From NCBI GenBank assembly GCA_000165345.1, contig CM000429.1:352001-416000 (forward strand): 64,000 nucleotides of DNA. Reading direction: 5' to 3'. This document shows, piece by piece, positions 29,834-43,021 of the stretch (positions are counted from its first letter, which is position 1; each line of letters begins with the position of its first letter). The notes under the pieces were generated by a model that saw only the letters and a list, made by a program, of their open reading frames with translations, was not told the origin of the DNA and made no database searches. Made by a program: the position numbers and the translations under genes.

Positions 29834-30604
29834 TTAATCAATAAGAGATTCGAATTGACCGCTTATAGATGAAATAAAGTCCCCATTATCGGAAAAACTA
29901 TACTTCTTTATACGAACAAATATTATTGATCCGACTTTTAAGTTCTTTTCTTTGTTTATTTTGTTTACCAAAGTATTCGTTTCGTATGTTAATGAGTCTG
30001 CCTTTTGAAATTCATATTCATCTCCTTTAAAACTTTTCATGGGAATTACTACATTCAAAATCCCGTAGGTAATTCCAGAAACATGGGATGGAGACACATG
30101 CGAAATACGGCATATTAATAGTTCACCTATTTTAGGTTTAAATACTAAAGCTTTGAATTCTACATTTACAAGAAAAGAACCATTAGGCTCGCAGTCTGGC
30201 ACATATCCGTACGTGTTAACAGTACTTATTTTATGAAAACATATCCAAACTCCTTGAAACTCTGCAATATAGTGAAATAAAAAGCAGCATAAATATTTTT
30301 TTATTGAATCTTCAATATTCCCTATGCTGTTAGGTAATAGCTGAACGGTGCCTTTGACTCGAAGAAGTTCAAAACATTCATTATCATATTCCCCTTTGTT
30401 AATAAAACTCTCTCTAATATTCTGTAGCTGCTCCGTTGAGAGTTTCTCCACTTCTCTTACTGTTTCTTGCATTGAAGAAGGATTTTCTTCAAATTCACTT
30501 TTACCCAGCTTTGCAAGGTTTCTAATGCATTTTCCAATAAGATGGTATGCAACCTCATTCGTCACTACGCATGATTCTTTAACTACCCAAGGAATTTGAT
30601 ACAT
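29834..30604 (-). CDS. RNA polymerase subunit of the Rpb7/Rpc25/Rpa43 family (Rpb7-like N-domain plus S1-like fold). The long N-terminal region suggests the Pol I A43 type.
   Basis: GSFLVNVEFKALVFKPKIGELLICRISHVSPSHVSGITYGILNVVIPMKSF aligns with the Rpb7 core [46 protein letters not shown]. Confidence 0.5.
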   Translation of the reverse strand: MYQIPWVVKESCVVTNEVAYHLIGKCIRNLAKLGKSEFEENPSSMQETVREVEKLSTEQLQNIRESFINKGEYDNECFELLRVKGTVQLLPNSIGNIEDSIKKYLCCFLFHYIAEFQGVWICFHKISTVNTYGYVPDCEPNGSFLVNVEFKALVFKPKIGELLICRISHVSPSHVSGITYGILNVVIPMKSFKGDEYEFQKADSLTYETNTLVNKINKEKNLKVGSIIFVRIKKYSFSDNGDFISSISGQFESLID

Positions 30605-30784
30605 AGCGACATAAATTTTTATTTTCGATTAAATAAATTCTTTGGTTGTGGAATTCTCATATATTAGTGTTTTTAACAAAAAGTGAATATTAGTTTATGA
30701 ATAGTTAGAATATAATTTTAAAAAAAAAATTAATCCGGAAAATTTCAACAAGTTAAAAATAGACCCTTTCTGGGATTTAAAAAG

Positions 30785-30857
30785 TGCTCAAACCAGGATT
30801 CGAACCTGGGTCGCCGCGGCCACAACGCGGTGTACTAACCACCTATACGATTTGAGC
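30785..30857 (-). tRNA. tRNA-His: tRNA-His (anticodon GUG), 73 nt including discriminator A73.
   Basis: Reverse complement: GCTCAAA-TC-GTAT-AGGTGGTTA-GTAC-A-CCGCG-TTGTGGC-CGCGG-CGAC-CCAGG-TTCGAAT-CCTGG-TTTGAGC-A. This gives a perfect 7-bp acceptor stem, a GTTCGAATC T-loop, and the anticodon GTG at positions 34-36. Confidence 0.9.
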
Positions 30858-31061
30858 CTCTGGTATCGAGGCATAACATTTTAATCTTAATATTTATTTG
30901 AAACAAAAAAAAAATAAAACATCACCGGAGCAAAAAACAAGCTTATAATATCCTATTTTAAATAATAAACTAAAGAGGAATTCATATATATGCATATATA
31001 CTTAAAAAAAATACCTTTCCATGATTCGCCCATATTAAGGCAATATCAAAAAAATTTGCAT

Positions 31062-31559
31062 CTAATAATAATGATTATTAGCTGAACTCTTTTTCTTTTG
31101 TTTTTTGTTACGGCTTTTGATCTCTCCTAATGCTCTTGCAGTGCTTTCTGCTATGAACTCCTTTGAAACTTTATTTTGATAAGATTTGCAGCCTATAGAG
31201 TTGTTGCAGCCATTATTTACAATCTCCTCAACTTCCTCTATCTTTCTTAAAGAATCTCCTAAACCAAACTCCTTGAGAATTTCATCTATATCGTCATCCA
31301 AAGCGTTGAGCTTTTGTTGTCTTCTAGCTGCACGTGAACATTTACCTTTAATTAAAGGAAGAAATATATTTGAAGACTCTATTTCTAGGAAATGATCGCT
31401 TTCTAGTTCATTGAGTTGTTCAAGTTGCTGCTCAACTGAAGTTTTGTTCGGTAAATTATCTTCATTAAGAAAAACGTGATCATCCTCCTCAATATCCGCC
31501 CACCTAATCTCTCTTTTCATCATGGAAGTCCGTCCAATCCCAATAATGTTCGAGCTCAT
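31062..31559 (-). CDS. Hypothetical small acidic/basic protein of about 165 aa.
   Basis: The track ORF begins at TTG, and the first ATG is at 31559 (MSSNIIGIG...). It has a basic C-terminal tail (KSRNKKQKKK). Confidence 0.4.
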   Translation of the reverse strand: MSSNIIGIGRTSMMKREIRWADIEEDDHVFLNEDNLPNKTSVEQQLEQLNELESDHFLEIESSNIFLPLIKGKCSRAARRQQKLNALDDDIDEILKEFGLGDSLRKIEEVEEIVNNGCNNSIGCKSYQNKVSKEFIAESTARALGEIKSRNKKQKKKSSANNHYY

Positions 31560-32023
31560 CTCCCACAATTCTCTCCCTCCTCCTCAGTATGTAGCCTATA
31601 ATATATATTATTCAAATATTCTAAAATGATTCACGGCTATAATTAGTAATTTATTATGAAACTTTCAGTTATAAACCATTACTTTGACATTATTTCTGGG
31701 CGCCGCCTGTTTATAATTTTTTTTTTCCTAAATATTTTTGGGAATTACTTTAGAATTAATTTATCAAAGATTTTAATATTAAGTTCTTCCCATTGAATAA
31801 CCTCAAATGTATTGATACGCTAATTAGTCTAATATGTGACAGAAGATTAATACCGAGCCTGAATTTATTTTCATTACTCTGGAAAACAAAACAATTCAAA
31901 AATTGTCTTTATTATTGTTACTCATAAATATGGTGTAAGTTACTATCTAATATTGCCTTTTTGGTAAATGTTAATTAGAAGTTAAAAATGGGGATAATGT
32001 TTTATCGACCATTTTTGTTTTGA

Positions 32024-32041
32024 TTTTTTTTTTTTTTTTTT
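32024..32041. repeat. T18 homopolymer in the 5' intergenic region of the large PHD gene.
   Basis: Direct observation. Confidence 0.9.
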
Positions 32042-32330
32042 GGCTTTTCCTCTATCTATTTTTTAACTAGTATAACTTTATTTATTAAGCTGAAAGTAGT
32101 GAAATAGGATACATGCGATAGATCGTAATTATATCAAAATTTTGATGATAAATTAAACTTAAGTGATAAAACTCGCCTTTCTTAATTATTGATTAAAATG
32201 CGGTAGTATTGGCTGCATTACTCCAGCCCAAAGTCTATTCAATTTATTATATTATGATTCTATATTTCTTAAGCTAGCAAAAATAGATTATAAGGCTGTA
32301 TAAATTTTTAAAATAATATGACAAATAGAG

Positions 32331-35300
32331 ATGCTTCAAAGTAGTGGAAAATTAAGAAAGAGCATTCGCATAGAACCTAGTATTTATCAGGCATGGGTGC
32401 CTCCGATTTTTTCAGAGCCCAATCGCGAAGACGAAATAAAGATTTCATTTAAAAAGGTAAGTAAAATCTAATATATAAATATCCTACTGTGAATTTGTAC
32501 ATTTTCATTTACTTGTTCTAACTCCTTTTATTTATTTTCTTCAGTGCGAACGTTTATATGATCCGAACCTTGTTGAGAATGAACAAACTGATAAAAAAAC
32601 CGATGAAACCCTCAAAAATTTAAGATTTTTACTTAGGAGCATGGAAACTGATTTTAACTACCTCTCGGGAGAAAAAATATTGGAATATATGTCTAAAAAT
32701 GTGTCGGAATCGCAACGCTTTCCTTCCTATGCAGAAAAATTAATACTAACACGAGATGAGGATCTAAACGTAACTAGTATTTCTCCTATAAAATATAAAA
32801 CTGACTTGAATAGGATTAAATTATTCAAGGATGAGGTTTGCTGGTCCATCAATAAATCTCAAGACTCCATGACAACTCAAAATAAGAATTTATTAGACGA
32901 AACAAAAATATCTGGTAAGGCTATTAACGATAAATCATACGTGGATTCTAGCCCCATCTCCTATGGAAAACTTTGGGAAAAAACGATAAATCAACATATT
33001 TTTATTAGCATCATAGACAATTGGAAGAAAAGTGTTGGTTTTATATTTAATGATAGCTACAAGAACCTAAAATATACTTTGAACGAGGGAATTGAGCTGC
33101 TACAAGAGGGGATAGCACTAAATAATAAAATTAGACTTCCAGAATTGGAAACTCTCGTAAATGCTGTTGAAGAATCGCTAGCATTCGAAGAAAAAATCAA
33201 AAAATTACTCTCTATAGACGACCCAACAGTAAATTTAGGAGCTCTCAAGTCTCCTTGTAAGATCCCAATTACAGAGTTATGTGAACTATTGAAAGAAGGA
33301 GAAAGCTGTTCGTTTAGGTCAAACTATTTGGATTTCTTGAAATGCCAATTAGAAAAGTTGAAGTCATGGAGGAGCAATGTACAATCTGCAATAATTGAGA
33401 AAAATTTGGATAAGTGCAAAGACTTAATAAAAGATAAAGACGAGATACTTATAGAAGTTCCAGGAATAAATGACCTTACCGAGCAAATAGCAGCAAGCAA
33501 CTGGATTGAAAAGGTTGAAAGAAGCCTTAGCCGTCCAATGAAATTTAATTTTGCAGAAAATTTATTAAATGAGCCCGCATCAAAATTTTTGGATGAAAAA
33601 AATGTGGCAGCTAAACAACAATTAATTAATAGAGTCCAAAAGGCTCAAGAATGGCTCAATGTTGTTCAATCTCCACCTTTTATATATAGCTTAGTTTCTG
33701 CCTGCAAAACTACAGCTCCAAATGACATATCTGAAGTAACACAAAAAATTATTGATCAAGCAAAGATAGAAATGGAAGAATCTAAAAATTGGAAGCTCCC
33801 AAGACCTACTGAATATGAAAAAGTTTGGCTTGAAAGTTCCACACTCAAAATTATTATTCCTTTGATGAAATATATGGAGCCTGTATATTTACGTTGGAGA
33901 AAATGGAACAAGAAATATAAAAGACTTATGGATGGACTGTGCATTTATATGGAAGCACAACTTATTTTAGAGGAAGCAGAATATACATTATGCGACTATC
34001 TAGATATGAGTGAATACCTTCCAGAATTACGCAAAAAAATTAAAGAGAGTGGTGATTGGCTAAATACTAGCAAGGAGTTTCTCAACACGATCTCAGACTT
34101 TCACACAAAACAAGATATTAACAATGTATCTTCAAGTATTTGGAATACTGTTGCCGGTATAAAAAAAGGAAGTGAGTTTTCAAGGCTTGAAATTCAACAA
34201 GCTTTAGACTTCATGAACTCCCAGTTTCATGAACGCTTAAGTTATGAAAAACTGAAGCAATTAATAGAAATTGGAAACGAGCTTACTATATATGAAATGA
34301 CAATCTTGCAAGAACTTACGTCCTGTCAAGATAGCTGTGAAAAATGGCTCAAAAAGGGAAAAGAATATTTAAAATGCTCTAAGATATCTGGAATTAACAT
34401 TGCAATGGTAATAAGCCTGTTATTAGAGCGTAGCTGCATTCTTGTTTCAAAAGAAACAGAAGATTCTCTTTTTGCTGAATTGCATTTCATCATTTGGAAA
34501 ATGGACATTAATGAGATCCAAGCTCCTATTAATGACTACGAATTAAGTTCGCTTATTGAAAGATTTAATGAAGTGAAGTTATATTTTGACTTTGATCATT
34601 CTAACTTGGCAAAAACACAAAATGAAAATCAAACCCAACCTAATAAATTGATCGCTCTATCCTTACCTAATATAAAAAAAGAAAATGAAGAATCAGACCC
34701 TCAAAATAATGAAGAGTTATTAGCTCATCACTCAAGCGTATGCGAAAATAATACTACACAATCTGAAGCAAGCTATGATCCAAAAAGTCCTGAAATTAGC
34801 ATTGAAGAAATAGATATTCAACAAATAAATATTTCACACTGGAACCAGATTAAAGAACTAGAAGCTGCCGCATTTATTACAAAACTACAAAATATCTTAA
34901 TTTATTGGACCAACTTAATTCATGAGTATGAGACTGAAAAGAAAGAAGTTGAAGTTTGGCGTAGTATTTTGGAAGACCTCAAGCATCTTCCAATTTCATT
35001 TAATAAACTTGAATTAAAAATCAACAAAATAATAAGTGATTATGATCGAATTATTTCGATTCTAAAATGCGGAGATGAAGAGTCTAATCATTTGCCAGAT
35101 TTAAAACACCCGTTTTCACTTTTATATTCTTATAAGAGACTTAATGAACTAAATATTGAGGTTTCCAACCTACCAGTGAAAATTTCTGAATGGGACAAAT
35201 GGCAAAAACACTTGGATGAACTAAACCAATGTGATGATTATACCCTCTCAATGTTCTCTTATTTGAAAGAGACAGAAATTATAGTTTCAAATTGTGAAAG

Positions 35301-38300
35301 CACAAGTATTGAACAAATTGAGAGGAAAAAGGTGATGGATTACTTAAATAATATAAACGAAAGACTTGTTTCAAATTCTGTTTGGGGTATTACTGACTTC
35401 AAAAGAATTTTAATAGATTTGAAGTTTACAGGTAAACTGATTCAGGACTTATCTATTTGTGAGTGTTGGATAAAAAGTGTAAAGGGAGATTCCTCAAATG
35501 ATCCAATGGGAATCGAACATTGGAATAGCTTGCTTCAAAGAGGAAGAACAATTAGAATAATTGACCACGAAATTTTCAATAAATTCGAAGCTCAAGTTAA
35601 GCAGTCAATAGAATGGAATGAAATATACTTCACAGCTCTGCATTCGGATGCATTTTGCAAAGTTATAAAGTATAAAAGGAATAGTAAACCATCTAATAAG
35701 ATAATTTACGAAATTGCAGAACTTTTGGTTAGAGTAGATTATGGAATAGGCGAAAGACTCGTTACTTTTAGAGAGCTAAGACAGAGCGTAAATTCTTTTG
35801 TAGAACTACGTAACCAGGGAATTAAATATTTGAATATATGTATTAATGAAAGAAGAGATAAAGTTTTTTCTAGGTTATTAAATAAATATTTGAATCAATC
35901 CCAAGTTTCTACTCAACAAAACTCAGAAGTTATAGACCAAATAAATTCAATTAAGCAATTTACATCTGATTTAAAGAACCTCCTGGAAAGCTGTAATCAA
36001 CACACAATTTCTATGGATTTAATAAGTTATATACAAGATGAGATTCTATTGCGTGAAATCAATCAGAAAATGTTCAACGCACTAATTAATCAAGAAAATC
36101 CTTATTTCACAACAAATTTATATGGTTATTCTGCTGCTTCAAATGATTCAAAGATCCCCACATTCGATGAAGCAAATGATATTGTTAACTTTATTAGAAT
36201 TAATGATTTAAATATTATGCCAGAAAACTATTCAAACATAAATGAGACCAATGGCTCTCAAACTCAGCTTTCATTTGAAATTCATGAAAAAAGTCAGCTC
36301 ACAATCAAAGAGCTTAAAGAAATAGTTTTGAATTCTGAATCTGTTTTAATGAAGGGCCTTGATTCAACTGGAATGTTAATTGAAAAGAAATACATTGATG
36401 TTGATCTGTTCAAAAAATTTAGGAAAGCTGTATATATTTCTAGTGAATGGTTGAAAGTTTTCAAGATTAATCATTTTAACATAATTGATAACATAAAAGC
36501 TGAAAGTTTTTATAATAGAGAAGTTCCAAAAAACTTGTTATCACTTAACGTTAAATCTTCAATAGATTATTTGTTAAAAGAATATCTTAAGAGCCAAGTA
36601 AGTGAGCTCGTGATTAATTCAGTACCAGAAAAAGAATGTGCTATCAATCAAGTCAAATTTGAGTTAAATTGGAATCAAATCCTTGAAAGATTTAATGAGT
36701 TGGAGATGAATGATTTAATCCAATTTAAAGGGAAAAATAATGATATTATTAAGAGATTGTTACATACTTTTGAAGTGGCTGATGAACGCTTAGATGATTA
36801 TTCAACAAAGCTTGATGAGAATATTCTATGCAAAAATGAACAATCTTCCGAGGAAGTATTTTTTGATGACTATTCAAAATATAGTGCCCCTTTATTTTTA
36901 AACCTTTTGCATTATTTAAGGAATAATAAGAGTGCTTTATCGAATTTTGCCGATGAAAAATCTTACTATGAAAGCCTACTCAACTCTATTAAATCACATA
37001 TAAATCTTAAATATTGTATCCACTTATCCGATGAAGAAAGATTAAATATTCAACAATTCGAAGAAAGTTTAGGTGTCAGCAGTAATTATAGATTAAGCGA
37101 TACAGAATTACAGAAAAATGAAACCATACAGGATCCAAATATATCAACTCAAAATATAAAATACAAAAGAAATAAGAGATCTAAATCGCTAATTAATGGA
37201 GAAAGGGTTAATGAAGAAAACATTGATAGTATTATCAATATATTAAGGAATATTGAAATGCCAAGTATCGAATTATCTCTTTTCCTAATCAATTTTGGAA
37301 AAAAGTTTGTTAAATTTGAATTAAAAGAATTCTCAAATTTATGTAAAATGGTTGAATTTTCTTTGCTTTGGATGGCCTTAGTTATTACTAAATTCCCAAA
37401 TTTTATAAAAGCGAGCCTGGGAGATGATATCAGTGAAATAAGTGGCATTGAAGCAATAAAAAAACAAAATAGTCAATTAGTTTTTGAAGATTGGGAGAAA
37501 AATGTTTGTTTTGATTTTTTCAGTACAAACAATATTTGTCTCGGTACTATTAATACTGGCGAAATAGCAAACTCTCAATGTAAGCGTCTTCAAAATACTT
37601 TGGAACTCAAAGAATTCGTCTCTTTAATTGAGACATGCGATCAATTACCAATTCAAATACCAATTAAATCGAGGCTTGTAAATATTCTTGTGGATGCATT
37701 AAAATGGACAATCTCCGCTAGAGAAGCAATATTACTATTACCTAGAAATACAATATTATGTCCATGGGTACATATTGAAGGAATAGTGGAAGAAATTACT
37801 CTACGCTCAAAGAATAGTCAAATAATGAAAACTATTGGCCTTGATAAGAATATTTATAATATCAAAGATGAAGAAATTATGAATATCATATCAAACTTCA
37901 ACGCTAATGAATATGAAACTTGTTCTAATTTTGAAAAGAATGGTGAAGTAGACATTCAAGTTAAAAAACTTCCAAGGCCTAGAGGAAGACCTAAAAGAGA
38001 ACAGGTTTGTGTGACAAAAAACGAATCACAATTTGAAGATATATTTAATAATATATGCATGGATTACAAAGAAATAGATCGCTTGCCTAATTGCGTTTTT
38101 CCAAAGTCATTTTATTTGTGGTTGTTAAATGAAAACAACAATAAATATTTTAGTGTTCAAGATTTGATGTCTATTACATCCAAGGATGAAGATAATAAAA
38201 ATTCCAAATTAAATAATTCCCAAAACTGTAATTCAAACATTGGATGGGAGAACGGTTACTTTTATTGGAATAAAAGCGGTAGTTCAGCTTCAAAAGAATC

Positions 38301-41271
38301 CATTGTTGAAGATGACTGTGGAAGTGATTGTAAATTGCAATATATTGGATTGATTGATCCCCAAAATTATCCAAAGAAGGAGGTTTATAAAAGCAAATTA
38401 TTGTTAGATTTTATCCTTTGCATTGAAGTATACAATAACATTCAAAACAATCCTGCAGAGTTGTGTTCTATTTGTTCCAATTTCAGAAAACGAAAACATA
38501 CTAATAATATTTCACCTCTAAACTGTAACTCTAGCTGGATTGTTTGCGAAGAATGCAGCCGTTGGTACCACCAGGATTGCGTTGGGTATTCCTCCAAGTC
38601 AAATAATTTTCCAGAGAAGCTATCAAATGGTTCTAATTCAGCAAATGAATTGTCATCTTGGACTTGCCCATCGTGTAGTTTGAGGTCTTCAACTTCAATT
38701 GGTCGTTCTAATTCAATTATTAACTTATTAAAAAACAGCAATAATCTTGAACTTTTTCATAGTAATAATGCTTACATACTTTCGGATATACACTGTAAAT
38801 CTATTGATCGAGCAGAAAAGAATAAAACTTATGATAAATCATTAAAAAGAGAAGTCCCAACTTTAGAAAACCTTAAGCAAATCATGAAGAGCAGTTTCTC
38901 TGATAAAATTTCTTTCATTAGGCTTCATGAAAGAAACGTAATTGCAAATACATTTTATCTATTTAATGTTTGGGTGAATGACTTTTATAGAATATTAAAA
39001 TGGGACCCATTTGAGTTTTCTGAATTTAATTCTTCAGTTTTCTTTGATCCAGCTGAGATTCAAGAACGCATAATGAATAAACAAATACTGAAAGAAAAGA
39101 GTGATCTTCTGGATAAAGCTGAAGAAGACGAAAATTTATTAAAGGAAAAACATATAGAGCATGAACAAGCTGTTGCTATGTCTGATATTACGCAAACTAG
39201 CCGTAAAGGTAGACTACTTAAAAACAAATTATCAGCAAAGGAGATGCTAAATCCTAAATTGAATTCCATTAAACCAAAGAAGGGAAGAAAGAGACGCTTG
39301 CTATTCCCAAGTACAGTTACTAAAAAACAAATTAGAAGAAGTTTTCCCTGTATGATTGATAACTCAGCTGGCACTCTACAAATAAACTTTGAAACGGTCT
39401 TCAAGGATATCTCTCCCGGCTGTAAATATAATATCGATCTAGATTATATAGGCAAAAATAAAATAATTGAAGCTGGCTTATCAAAGCCTTTAGAAATTGA
39501 TGAAATTATGAATTTGTATATTATTGGGTCTCTAATTGGTTTGGACGGAGCTGTTGAATTTGAGTGGTTATACTGTATATTAAAATATTTGGTATTCTTC
39601 AATTCTAAATTCGGATTTTATAACGAAAACCTTGCGTTACTAAACAGTTTTCAGCTCTCTGAAGAATTATCATTTATCAATACTCTCAAAAATCAAAAAA
39701 GACTTTCTTGGGAGGAATTCAAATATATCTTAGTTCATTTTTCACCAAACTTTCCAATAAAGCTTAATTCTTGCAAAATTTTTTATTTGAATTTACCAAA
39801 GTTGAGATCGATAAAACTAAAATGTAAATCAATTTTAGATTATATTAAAAATTCTAGCCAGGAAAACCTTACAAAACCTCAAAGTATTGATCAAAATAAT
39901 CGAAATTTGTTTACAGATCACGAGCAACACAAACTAAATGGGAAAAACTTTAAAACTGAGTTAGAGTCATTGTTAATTGGCATCGTCAAATCTGGAATAA
40001 TCATTCCTGAAGAAAAGATTGTTTCCCATTTATTGTTCACATACTGTTTGGAATCTATTTTACTGCTATATGGAAAACAAATTTCAAGTGTATATTGTAA
40101 CCAACTTAATCCAAAACCTTTGCATTCAACATTAGTTAATATTAATCAACACATTTTATTTTGGAAAGAGTCAGATGCTAATCTTTCAAAGATATATGGA
40201 ACCAGATTCATTCCTCCAGAATATAATGGTTTTGTTTTAGAAAATGAAGGCTCATGTTTCCAAAATCAGGAAAACAAACCCTTGTTGCGCATTCAACGCT
40301 TTATTAAATATTGTGAAACAATTCAAGAATCAATAAATCAATGCAATGAATGGAATGAAAGATACAAATTTTTAATGGAAACACCAAATGAATTTGAGAT
40401 TTATGTTAAGTTTCTTAAGCAGGGGCTAAATCTACCTTGTATTTACCCTACTGTATATTCTTTTGGAAATATATTAGCTTCAATAGAGAGCTACGAAGAC
40501 TTTGTAAATCAAGTTTTTGAAAGCCCAAGTAATGCTAGCTCGCTTACAAAAGCTTCAAATCCTCCAGGTAGCTTCAAACCATCATTTGCGCAAACAGTTG
40601 GTGCTATAGTTGGCTCCAGCCAACCCTCACTGAACCCAAAATTTGAAAATATTCAAATATTAAAAAATGTAAGGGAGTTCTTAAAAGGACTTCCTATTCA
40701 GAAGAGTGATTTAATTTTAAAAATAGACCAAATGGAAGAAAATACCCAACGTTTTATTGAAGGTATCAAACAAAAAATGCCGCAATTAAAGCAACTTAGT
40801 TCAACTGAAGCGTTAATTTCCCAATTACAACTAATTAAAGAAGAAGCGATTCACAAAGTTCCAATAATTGTCAATAATGTGCCTGAACTTAGGGAGTTAT
40901 TGAGTAATATCCCTGATTTTGGCTCCCCTCATCACAACTTGTTATTAAGAACTCAATTTCTTATGTCATTACAATGCCCAATTGCCAAGTTAAGGAAGCC
41001 ACTCAATCCATTCCCAAATATCCCGGAAGCTTCTTCTAGCCTATCTAGTGTCGTTGGACAAAGCCAAAATAACGAACTTCATCAGTCAGAAACTAAAGGA
41101 GAACTTATGGACTCTCAAGGAAATAATTCTAACAAGTCAATCTTACATGCGCCTGGCGGCGCAAATAGTAAAATTAACACATCTTGCCAACTACCAAACA
41201 GTATGTCATTTATCTGGCAAAACTTAGTCCAACAGGGGAGTAATCCTATGAGTCATTACTATTATAAATAA
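32331..41271 (+). CDS. Very large (about 2918 aa) nuclear-type protein with an AT-hook and a PHD finger. It has two exons: 32331-32456 and 32545-41271.
   Basis: Exon 1 is ATG 32331...AAAAAG (42 codons, MLQSSGKLRKSIRIEPSIYQAWVPPIFSEPNREDEIKISFKK). Exon 2 begins at TGC 32545, is in frame with the long ORF 32641..41271, and has no stop between. The AT-hook RPRGRPKRE is at nt ~37977-38003. The PHD finger CSICSNFRK...CEECSRWYHQDC...CPSC is at nt ~38461-38680. Confidence 0.6.
32457..32544 (+). other. Spliceosomal intron (88 nt, GTAAGT...TTTTCTTCAG) in the large PHD/AT-hook gene.
   Basis: Canonical GTAAGT donor directly after codon 42. It has a pyrimidine tract plus a CAG acceptor and is AT-rich. 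Splicing joins phase-0 exons in frame. Confidence 0.6.
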
Positions 41272-41386
41272 AATTAACTGATCTCATATATAATTATTGA
41301 TTGTATTTTTTAGCTTAGTACTCTGCTATAATTTTTTTTTGTAATTCGAGCTTATACATGCAAACTTTCCCCTTTGTGAAAAAATT

Positions 41387-42014
41387 ATGGAAAACTTAAT
41401 AATTATGTGGAGTTTAATGAAAAGTTGTTGTTATTCAATTGGAGGAAGCTCTTGCACAGATCCTGTCAATTTTAATGCAGATTGGTGTAGTTTGATACAT
41501 ACAAATGATGAGGAATCAAAAAATTTTCAATATAAGTTGAACTCCTCTAAAAGAGATGAATCTTCAGAAAACCAGAAAAAGATATCAATGAGCTCCACAG
41601 ATATTAATGATCTCGTAAACTATTTTATTAAATGCGCATTAAATGGAGTATCTGTCGATATTTATGATCAAGCAAGTCAGTCTTTTGTTTCAGGCAAATA
41701 TTTTATCAACAGAAATTTGAATATTATTACATTTAAGTCACCTGTACATACAATAATCATTCCATTTAAAGCTGTAAGTTTATACTGAGGTAAACTGTCC
41801 AATTCTTACAAAATCTTAGATAAATACACTCCTAAACAGTTCTGAATTTAACTACTTGTATTCAAACAGCCATAACATGTCAAGCGACCACAACAAGCAA
41901 ATTATTACGATTATTTTCGATTCTAATATGGAAAAAAGTGACACAATTCCAATTCTATTTAATGATCAAAGCTCCGCCAACAATTTCTTACTTGTGGTCG
42001 AGATTCTGAGGTAA
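41387..42014 (+). CDS. Candidate two-exon gene (exons 41387-41773 and 41820-42014, about 193 aa) with a 46-nt GTAAGT...TCTTAG intron. It is hypothetical and possibly a PH-like small domain protein.
   Basis: The unspliced ORF ends at TGA 41786. However, GTAAGT sits exactly at a codon boundary (41774). The acceptor cttacaaaatcttag (ending 41819) reopens the same frame for 64 more codons (INTLLNSSEF...IITIIFDSNMEKSDTIPILFNDQSSANNFLLVVEILR) up to TAA 42012-42014. Confidence 0.35.
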
Positions 42015-42339
42015 GCTGTAACTCAAATAACCCTGGAAAGCTATCTAACAGAATGCAGATACAATGAAATGAGCGACGAGAACTACAGGGAAAACTCAGA
42101 CGAGTCCATGGCTGAGAACAAAATTCCAAATTTGCAGTGAATTGAACAAGAGATAATAAAAGGTTAAGAAAAATGAAAATAATGAAAAAAAAGTACTGTT
42201 AGTTTAAAATACCTATTTAACAGCTTTCCTAGACTCGAGAAGATCCATAAAATCGATATTTATCTAACGTAATAAACTTATGTGAGAAACAGCTCCCATA
42301 GGATACGTAATTAATTATCACGTAGGATAATTTAACAGC

Positions 42340-42663
42340 TTATGCTGCTCTCTTTCTCTGTTGCTGAATAATATCAACAAGTTCATCTCGCTTCTTCTTG
42401 GCTCTTCTTTCAGTCCCCAAGCGTGCTCTAGCAAATCTCATTGCTCTCTTAGCTGTCGATGCAGACCCAACCTTTAATAATTCCATCATTCTCTTTTCAT
42501 ATGGTGCGAAACCTGCAACTTCGCGAATTACCTGTCTAACCAAGGCATTTCTTGCAGAAAGCTTTCCCTTGCGCGAACTTGGTCTGGGTCGTTGTGGTCT
42601 CTTAGTCACAATAAAGCCGGTATTCAAGCCAACTACGGTTCCTGTTGAAATAGATGAGGTCAT
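42340..42663 (-). CDS. RPL36: 60S ribosomal protein eL36 (L36e).
   Basis: GLNTGFIVTKRPQRPRPSSRKGKLSARNALVRQVIREVAGFAPYEKRMMELLKV matches human RPL36 (GLNKGHKVTK...[36 protein letters not shown]). Confidence 0.9.
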   Translation of the reverse strand: MTSSISTGTVVGLNTGFIVTKRPQRPRPSSRKGKLSARNALVRQVIREVAGFAPYEKRMMELLKVGSASTAKRAMRFARARLGTERRAKKKRDELVDIIQQQRKRAA

Positions 42664-43021
42664 TGTTACAATTCAAAGCTTGCCCAATTAAGACTTCGCT
42701 AACTCTGATTTAACGCTGCAATATTATTATTTTGAAGTCAATAAGAACTAATAATAGTTAAATAGCAATCGTTTTAATAAAACATATACGTTTTAAAAAT
42801 AAAACTAACATTTGTCTCAGCACATGGCGGTATTGAGTTGCCGCCTCTTCGGTAACTCATCTATTTTGTCAGCTGTGACAATTAATCAACTTGTCCTGAA
42901 ATATTTCTGGGCAAGTGAAATGAATGTATCTATAAAGTTAAGTCAGTTATTATACATAAAGGTAATTGATATATTGAATTTGAAACGCTAATATTCCCCT
43001 TAAATCTTCTAAATACGTGCA

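Noticed and set aside
30857-30858. A G encoded at position -1 of tRNA-His.
   Set aside because: In eukaryotes G-1 is added post-transcriptionally by Thg1, and the discriminator here is A73 (eukaryotic type, not C73). The genomic G at -1 is most likely coincidental leader sequence.
41786-41788. Treating 41387..41788 as a complete unspliced gene.
   Set aside because: I did not fully reject this. However, GTAAGT on a codon boundary plus an in-frame 64-codon continuation after a TCTTAG acceptor makes the spliced model more attractive, so I reported that as a candidate.
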